Shown: positions 56,578 through 64,000 of the stretch, piece after piece
Position numbering within the stretch: the stretch's first letter is position 1
How the letters are laid out: each line of letters starts with the position of its first letter
NCBI RefSeq assembly: GCF_011745625.1
Contig: NW_027191454.1
Coordinates: forward strand, 186,001 to 250,000
Direction: 5' to 3'
Length of the DNA: 64,000 nucleotides
Source of the DNA: Cladosporium halotolerans
Taxonomy: Eukaryota
Program-made: the position numbers and the translations under genes
Notes under the pieces: generated by a model
Databases searched by the model: none
The model's input: only the letters and a program-made list of their open reading frames with translations
Told to the model about the DNA's origin: nothing

Positions 56578-58390
56578 TCACTTCAATCCCTGGGCAAGGC
56601 CCTCCAAGAACGTCGCGAGGCCGTGAGCTCCGGGATCCGGCACCTCCTCGAAACCGCTGCCGCCGACGTACACGGTGCGACCCAGGCTCGCCTTCATACC
56701 CTTCGTGTTGGCAGCTCCTTGCTTGGCCGCCTGCGCCGCCTTGTGGACATCGCCGCTCTTTCCGAGCTCCTCTACGAAAGGAGCCAGGGCGTCGACAAGC
56801 GTCCTATCACCGGGCTTCGCGGGCGTGTACTTGGCCATGCTCTCGCTTGCGACCTTCAAGGCCTTTGCCCACACTGGAGCGTCGGCCTTGCCTCCTCCGT
56901 TGCCCTGGGTGCGCAGTCCATGGGCCAGGGCGTTTAGGAAGATGGCGTAGATAGCGCCGCTGGTGCCGTCCATTGTATTCTCGACGGTTGAAATGATCTT
57001 GTCGAGGTACAGAGCAGCGTCGTTCTGGCTTGAGTCGAGAGAGGAGAGGATGGCTTCTGCGCCACGCTTGAGACCGATGCCGCAGTCGCCGTCTCCGACC
57101 ACAGTGTCGTAGCGCGTGACGTCGGGCTCGGCGGCGATGAGGCTTTCGAGGCCGTTCTTTAGTGCCTTAGTGGCTTGGTTGGGATCGATCGTCAGGCTTG
57201 AGGGTTTGTTTGCGACGTCCTTGTCACCAGAAGCCTCGCTGATCTGCGTGGGCGGCTTGTCCCAAGTGGAGGACTTGACTGGAGCCGTCCAGCCTGTGGC
57301 CTCAGCTGGCGCATCGAGTAGTTCGAGCATGGACTTGCCGACTCCAGAGTCGGCGAGCTTAAGCAGAGAAATGGAGAAGCCGAGGCCGTTGAGGGATGTC
57401 ATGAAGGTGCCAGAGAGGATTCGCACGGGCTTGATTCCGTACTTGTTCTTGAGCTGGTTGACGACCTCTGCGGTGATGCCGCCCATCTCGAGTGGGCTCA
57501 CACCACCAAGGTTGTTGATGAGCAGGACAGTATCGTCGCTCTTGCTAACTTGAAGGAAAGCGCGGTCCTTGTCCGTTTGATCAAGCATATAGCTCAACAT
57601 GGTCTTGACGGTATCCGGCAGCTCGGTCTTGGTCCGCTCAGAGCCAGGCTCGTTGTGAATGCCCATGCCGACCTCGACTTCACCATCCTTAAGCTCGTCC
57701 TCTCCACCAGGGGCACGCCCAGGTACGTGAACATGGGCGAGCGAGCTTCCAATGGATACCGTGTTGTCAGCAACCACCCTAGCGACCTTGTGAACCTCTT
57801 GCAAACTAGCACCCGTCGCGGCGAGCGCTCCTGCGATCTTCTGGACGAGGACAGTACCAGCAATGCCGCGGCGACCGACCTTTCCGCCCTTCTCCCTTCC
57901 CACGCCACAGTCGTCGGCCATGACAATCATCTCAGCCTCAATGCCAGCCGCCTTAGCCTTCTCCACAGCCATGCCGAAGTTGAGCACATCGCCAGTGTAG
58001 TTCATCACCACCACCAGCACGCCTTTGCTCTTCTCGACTCTCTGCAGAATGCATCGTCTGATCTGCTCGGCGCTGGGAGATGCAAAGATGGTGCCTGCGA
58101 CGGCACCTGACAGAAGGCCTGGTCCGACGAAAGCTGCAAACGAGGGCTCATGGCCAGCTCCACCGCCTGAGACGAGCGAGACTTGCGGTTTTGCTGCGTC
58201 GGGTCGTAGGTAGACGACCTTGTTTTCTGCGTCTAGAGCTGTGGTGGGGTTGGTCTGAGTGACTGCTTCCAGAGCAGACTTGATCAAGTGCGTGGGATCA
58301 TTGATGAAGTGTTTGGCTATGACGTTCTCGTATCAATAAGGGCTCCGGTGGGCTCTGAGCAGTGAGTGTGACGTTAGACTTACATGACAT
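56578..58390 (-). CDS. DAK1: Dihydroxyacetone kinase
   Basis: 7-nt first exon ATGTCAT and intron 58317-58383 give MSSKHFINDP. Motifs VSGGGAGHEP, NYTGDVLNFG, GRRGIAG, GMGIHNEPG, VGDGDCG, GDRTLVDAL, PDPGA. Confidence 0.95.
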
Positions 58391-58572
58391 CTCCGTTGAG
58401 AGCTGTTTGGTCTGTCAACGATAATAAAAGATAATTGCGTGAGAGATAGTCGGGATGAGGAGGGAAAGACGAAAGAGCGAGACAGCTTGAAGTCCACTAC
58501 TTACGCTCAAGATTATCTTGCCTCAATGCTGGGCACTAGAACTGTTGACTTGGAAGATCTTTGATCCACCTA

Positions 58573-58659
58573 CCGGGGATCCCCATCACTCCGTCGCGGG
58601 CCCATACCTCGAGCCATTCGAAGCGGGGTCGTTCTTGTGGCGGGGTTACGTAGCGGGGT
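58573..58659. promoter_or_regulatory. Cluster of SYGGRG (CreA/Mig1-type) boxes upstream of DAK1
   Basis: CCGGGG at 58573 and GCGGGGT at 58623, 58640 and 58653. Confidence 0.45.
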
Positions 58660-59395
58660 TGCTCGCGGCAAGAAACGCCGTGGTCGGAGGCGAGCTGCGA
58701 GACCATCAGGGTACCAGGCCCATTTGCGTCAAATTGGCAATGAAGAGGTAGTATCAGTTTTTTCTCCTTAAATAGAAGGGTGATTGCTGCAAGGCTCGTC
58801 TGTAGATGTCTCGGAAGCAGAAATCGATGACAATGCTCCCAGGAGTGGATCCGAATTGGTTATTTGAGGCGGTGAACAGAAACAGCATGGAAGATCAAGA
58901 ATGACACCGTTACTATGAAAACTTGGGGAGTTATCAATGCGTTGAGAACACGTGTGACCCAAACTGCAGGGCGTTCCCCGTTGGTCACGATGATGTTTCG
59001 AATTGAACGATCGTGATCGTTTGTTAGAACGTGATTGTTGATGTTGGTTCAAATGATCAAGTACTGTATGAGAAAACTTCAATCAAGTCAAAACGTGACC
59101 GGAGCGAGCAACTACAGCGAGCGACTTTGTTTCTGAGTAGTGAATATGTATCGTTGACCGTTTGGTCTCGGAAGTGCCAAGAGGCGTCTAGTGGGGCGGC
59201 TGGCGGCGTTTGAAGCGACAAGCAGCACGTCACATCTGTCAACAACGACTCGAATCTTTTGGTTTCTATCAGTAAGCAGTCACGCCACCCGCAACAACAA
59301 CCTCGCGATTGCGCGACTCATCAGCTCAACCTATCCATCACGATCGCATACAAAAGTGAAGTCTGTGAAATCACAAGACTTGATACACCGCAAAG

Positions 59396-61159
59396 ATGGC
59401 GGCTATCCCGGTGAAAGTGAAGCACCAGGGCAAAACTTATGATGTCGAGATCGACCCTTCTTCGACCGGCGAGGATCTCCAGGGCCAGCTATACTCCCTC
59501 ACCAGTGTCGAACCTCAAAATCAGAAGATCATGGCTGGCAAGATGATTAAGGCCGATACTCCACTGTCTTCGATCAAGTTCAAGCCAAACCAGGTTATCA
59601 CTATGCTTGGCCAGCCCTCTGCAGATGTGGTGATGGAGGCGCCGAAAGAAAGGATGAAGTTCATGGAAGATATGACTGAGGCTGAGATGGCGAGACAAGA
59701 CGGTGCAATGCCGGCGGGCTTGAACAATCAGGGAAACACTTGCTACGCAAACGCGACGCTGCAGACCCTGCGCATTATTCCTGAGCTTCAGGAGGAGCTG
59801 CAAGGATACAAATCGAGCCCTGGCGCTGGTCCTTCGTCTTCGCTATTTAGTGCAGACCAGCTGGCAAACGTCGGTCTCGGTGGACTTGGTGGCGCAAACG
59901 ACCTGACTGGCTCGCTGAGGGACGTGTACAAGATGATGGGAGAGACGCAGGGTGCTGTGCAGCCGCTCATGTTCTTGACGGCATTGCGTCAGCAGTACCC
60001 TCAATTTGCCGAAAGATCAAAAACCGGACATGGATACGCTCAGCAGGATGCCGAAGAAGTGTGGTCACAGCTCATTCAGACGCTTGATCAATCGCTCAAG
60101 CTTGACACCAAGGATGCAACAGATCAAGGCTTCAAGACTTGGGTGGAGAAGTACATGGGCGGCCGCTTTGAGAGTGTCACCAAAAGCGAGGAAGCACCCG
60201 ATGAGGAGCCCATCCACGGAAAAGATACCTTTAGGGACCTGAAGTGCAACATCAAATCCGAGACCAACCATCTCCGCGAGGGTCTTGCTATTGGTCTGAA
60301 CGAAGAATTCGAGAAGCAGTCCGAGACCCTTGGCCGCAACGCAATCTACCAGAAGACATCTCGCATTTCTCGACTACCTAAGTACCTGCCTATTCATCTG
60401 ATGCGCTTCCTTTGGCGTCGCGACACTGGTAAGAAGGCGAAGATCTTGCGCAAGGTCTCCTTCCAGCATGAGATCGATCTTCTGGAGTACTGCACAGACG
60501 AGCTGCGCGCCAAGCTCGTTCCTGTGCGCGACCGGGTTCGAGAAGTCAGGAAGGAAATCGAGGATGTCGAGCGCCAGAAGAAGAGGCAGAAGCGCAGACG
60601 GCAGGACCTCGAGGACGAGGCGCAGGGAGCGAGCAAGATCAGCAAGGACGAACCATTCCAGAAGCGCGCACAGAAGGAGAAGGAACGTGAGACCAAGGCT
60701 ACTGGTCCGGCCAGCGAGACCGAACTTAGCAAGGAGAAGAAGGGCGAGGACACCACCATGGGTGGCACCGAAGAGGTGTTCAAGACCGATGCCGAAATCG
60801 AGCAGGAGCGCGCCGAGCAAATTCGCAAGCTGAAGAAGGATCTTCTCGATGCAGTCAATCCCGAAATGGCCAAGGATAGCACCGCTAACCAGACTGGCCT
60901 GTACGAGCTGCGTGGTGTGATCACTCACCAGGGCTCCTCCGCGGACTCCGGTCACTACACGGCTTATGTCAAGAAGACTGCCCAGCCTGGCAAGGAGGAA
61001 GATGGCAAGTGGTGGTGGTTCAACGACGACAAGGTTCAGGAGGTGGACAGCGAGAAAATCGAGACCCTTGCTGGCGGTGGCGAAAGCCACTCTGCGCTCA
61101 TCTTGCTCTATCGCGCCGTCGAACTGCCTAAGGAAGATGAGACCGTGGGCAGCGCATAA
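59396..61159 (+). CDS. UBP6: Proteasome-associated deubiquitinase Ubp6/USP14
   Basis: N-terminal UBL domain (IPVKVKHQGKTY), Cys box GLNNQGNTCYANATLQ, QQDAEE, His box THQGSSADSGHYTAYVK and WWWFNDDKV. Confidence 0.95.
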   Translation: MAAIPVKVKHQGKTYDVEIDPSSTGEDLQGQLYSLTSVEPQNQKIMAGKMIKADTPLSSIKFKPNQVITMLGQPSADVVMEAPKERMKFMEDMTEAEMARQDGAMPAGLNNQGNTCYANATLQTLRIIPELQEELQGYKSSPGAGPSSSLFSADQLANVGLGGLGGANDLTGSLRDVYKMMGETQGAVQPLMFLTALRQQYPQFAERSKTGHGYAQQDAEEVWSQLIQTLDQSLKLDTKDATDQGFKTWVEKYMGGRFESVTKSEEAPDEEPIHGKDTFRDLKCNIKSETNHLREGLAIGLNEEFEKQSETLGRNAIYQKTSRISRLPKYLPIHLMRFLWRRDTGKKAKILRKVSFQHEIDLLEYCTDELRAKLVPVRDRVREVRKEIEDVERQKKRQKRRRQDLEDEAQGASKISKDEPFQKRAQKEKERETKATGPASETELSKEKKGEDTTMGGTEEVFKTDAEIEQERAEQIRKLKKDLLDAVNPEMAKDSTANQTGLYELRGVITHQGSSADSGHYTAYVKKTAQPGKEEDGKWWWFNDDKVQEVDSEKIETLAGGGESHSALILLYRAVELPKEDETVGSA

Positions 61160-61503
61160 GCGTTGTTGTACGCTAGGGTGGAAACGTCGCTGTCAGGAAA
61201 TTCTTGAAAGACGACCATGAAAGCATTGCAATGAGAGTGCATGAGAAAAATGATAGAGATATGCAAATGTGTTATGCTGATATGTCTCAATGCGTCTGTT
61301 CGTGGATGTGTTGCACTGACAGCCCAAGCTTCGCTTCCCGTCATCAAGTCGCGTCGCGACAGCTAACCTCACTTCACGCGTCCAGCCTCCAAGTTCCAGG
61401 CTTCCCTCGGTCGCATCCTCAACACACATCCATCTCGTTTCAGCCTGCCGTCAACAAACTTCATTCACATGTCACGCGCCATTCTTTCCTTACCCTGAGC
61501 ATC

Positions 61504-63799
61504 ATGTTCTACAGTCACGAAGGTAATTTCTCACGTCACTTCGCCTCAAAGGCGTTGCATCAGCTAACGCGCTTCTCAGTCCTGACGTCTCGCAAGTACG
61601 GTGTCGCAACCGTCTGGTATGTATTTTATCTAAAATCTAGTCGCCCTTCCCTCGAGTGCTCTCAGCTTGGAAGTCCGCTCACTGAACATCATCGCCTTAG
61701 GCTTGTCGCGACTCTCGGCTCAAAGTCGAATCTAAAGAAAGTCTCACGCAAGGCCATCCTTGACGTCGACGTGGCGAAGGCATGCGACACGATCATCGAG
61801 CCAGGCGCTCCCATGGCGCTGAGGTTGTCGAGCAACCTACTGTTCGTACTTCGCTCTTGAGCACATTGACACCATCCTTCGCGTGCTGACATTGGCGCGT
61901 CCCAGGTATGGCGTCACGCGTGTCTACGCGCAGCAATGCGGCTACGTCCTTACTGATGCCGAGGCGGCGAAATTAGAGATGCGCGCGGTGTTCAAGACGC
62001 TCAAGGCTGATGCGCTGGATGCTGTTGGTGGGCACAAAGGACGGTAGGAGACAACGCGCCGTTTGTGTGACCGATCAAACATACTGATGCATGCTAGCTC
62101 CGACCAACTAGTTCTTCAAGATGATCCGAATTTTCTGCCTGAGCTCGATCTGCTTCCTATGGACCTTGATACCGCTACTGCAATTGTCAACTTAGACCTG
62201 CGGCGTTCCTCCGACCTCTTGACTCCGCAAGGCTCTCAAGAGAAAGAATCGCTCCTGCAATACTCTGGCGGTGCTTTGATGGCGCCTCTATCGGTCAGCT
62301 CCTCCTTAGGTGGCCCCATAGGTGGCACTGGGTACGTGCGCGGTGACCAAGGTCCGGGCACTCCAGTAGGAGGCGGATTTCTTCATCGAGATGAGCCGCA
62401 AGGGTTATTAGAAGACGACCTTGGCATCCAAATTGATGCAGACGGCAACTTCTTTCTAGATGAGGAGCTATCGACGGTAGCTGCACGCCAGCCACACGAA
62501 TCAGTCACAGGCAGAGCGGACCACGCAGAGCTCCCAAGCGAGGCGGCGAGCGCGCGTGTGAGGCGTGAGCATGGTGAAGGTCAAAAGCCAACGACTTTCG
62601 CCGAACACGAGGACGATGGCTTCGTCCCTGCCTTAGATGACGGGTACATCGACGCACAAGCGGACGCCTTCTCGGCACGCCAGGAGAAAGAAGATGAAAC
62701 GGAGCACTTGATCGCATCAGAGAGTGCCGAGGCAGAACAGCGTCGCCGCTATCGTGGTCCGAAGACCATTCCCCTCGACACAAGCATCGAGCTTCATAAC
62801 CACGAAATCTCCGCGTGGAACCAGGAGTACAGAGCAAACATGAACGAAGCTCTTCGTCACAAGCATGCGCATCGTTTGGTAACTCTTGCCAGAAAGAACG
62901 CCGAACACTGGATGCTAGGGCCAAGCGAGGAGGAGCTCATGCAAGGCAATCGTGGTCCACTTACCATGTTCACTGGTATCAAGCTACTCGAAGCTATGAG
63001 CGGCCTCAAGCTCTCGCCCGGCAGTGGAAAGCGCGCCAGAGATGACGAGCCAGGCTCTGATGACAATCGCCGTGTGCGTTCTCGCGCGGAGCCATCTTCG
63101 GATGAGGCTGGACGTGGCTTCGCTCTCGCCGATGACGGCTTCATGCCAATGGCCGATGACTACACCATCGAGCAGGGCAGAGACCAACCTACGCCGCTTG
63201 ACGATCGCAACATGACCAGTATCTTCCCCTGGAACCAAAGCACTGGCTCTCACCGCCCAACCGGTATCTTTAGTGCTGGCCGCAGATCTGCCGTCGGCGG
63301 CTTTCCTCTCCCATCTCATAGCCGTCGTGGAAGCCGTCTTGCGACAGCCTCTCCGCTCATTGGCCGTGGATTCCCTGTCGGTCACGAAGATGACGACCTG
63401 CAAATTGTCGGTTTCGATATGGATGTCGATGCAAAGGCAGGAGACGAGTTCGAGCTTTTTGGTCCAGCCGCGAAAGTGGACACCCAAACCGCAGCAGAAT
63501 CGCAGTGGGTGCGTGCGGCTCTGGACGGAGAAAGTGCCAACTTCCTCGAATTTGTCAAAGCCGGCATTGAGGAGCTCGACCTGCAGCGCGAGACTGTTCC
63601 GCTAGGCGACGAGGAAGACGAAATATTGCATGGATCGATCGAGTTCAAGCAGCTGCTCCCTCCATCTGAGAATAGCCGGGTGGTCGCCGCACAAGGCTTA
63701 CTGCATGTTTTAGCGCTGGTGACGAAGAATGCAGTGAGTGCCGAGCAGAAAGAGCTTTTCGGGCCTATCGGCTTGAGAGTTCTGGAGATTGAAGCGTAG
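61504..63799 (+). CDS. REC8: Meiotic cohesin kleisin Rec8
   Basis: Spliced N-terminus MFYSHEVLTSRKYGVATVWLVATLG..PMALRLSSNLLYGVTRVYAQQC is the Rec8 type rather than the Rad21 type. C-terminal SRVVAAQGLLHVLALVTK. Introns 61523-61579, 61617-61700, 61842-61905 and 62044-62097. Confidence 0.88.
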
Positions 63800-64000
63800 G
63801 CCTGGTGCTTTGATTTGCTTTGGTCATTTGCTCCTCTGGAGCAAGCTGCTTTGGATCGCTGAATGCTGGATTCTTTTTTGCTCACTTTTTCTATTATGCA
63901 GAATACCCCTTCAACTGCCAATAATTCATTAATCGCTACTTTGGACAATGTACCGATGAGAGATATCTTCCTATCGCCCTGAATCCTCTGACTTCAGTGG

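Noticed and set aside
1..64000. Transposons, RIP-degraded repeats, CRISPR arrays, rRNA or a secondary-metabolite backbone gene
   Set aside because: No transposase or reverse-transcriptase motifs, terminal repeats, AT-rich blocks, spaced direct repeats, or PKS/NRPS/terpene synthase ORFs were seen.

Overview
Gene-dense 64-kb stretch of a filamentous ascomycete nuclear genome. Short GT-AG introns with CTRAC-type branch points and the gene content point to Pezizomycotina; Dothideomycetes is an inference. I can support about 29 protein-coding genes, most reconstructed by hand across introns, and one intron-containing tRNA-Ala(AGC). I see no transposon, CRISPR array or rRNA. Housekeeping genes include OAC1, SWD2, CHS4/SKT5, POP1, ADE4, ADK2, PHS1, DAK1, UBP6 and a mitochondrial translation trio (IF3, mL38, uL4m). 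Two sexual-cycle genes, the RID/Masc1-type C5 methyltransferase and REC8, look intact. Best leads: (1) three rhamnogalacturonan-I-related genes within 20 kb (PL26 exo-lyase, signal-less GH35, PL4 endo-lyase), with an exact TCGG-N11-CCGA palindrome just upstream of both GH35 and PL4, suggesting a dispersed co-regulated module; (2) recurrent short C/A-rich-to-G/T-rich skew flips that reshape protein composition; (3) a 93-aa, 6-Cys secreted protein hidden from the ORF track by two introns; (4) a tandem pair of Cys-rich GPI-type wall proteins carrying a PIR-like DGQI motif; (5) a 9-nt tRNA intron that is an inverted copy of its own anticodon arm. Family assignments come from motif recognition, not database searches.
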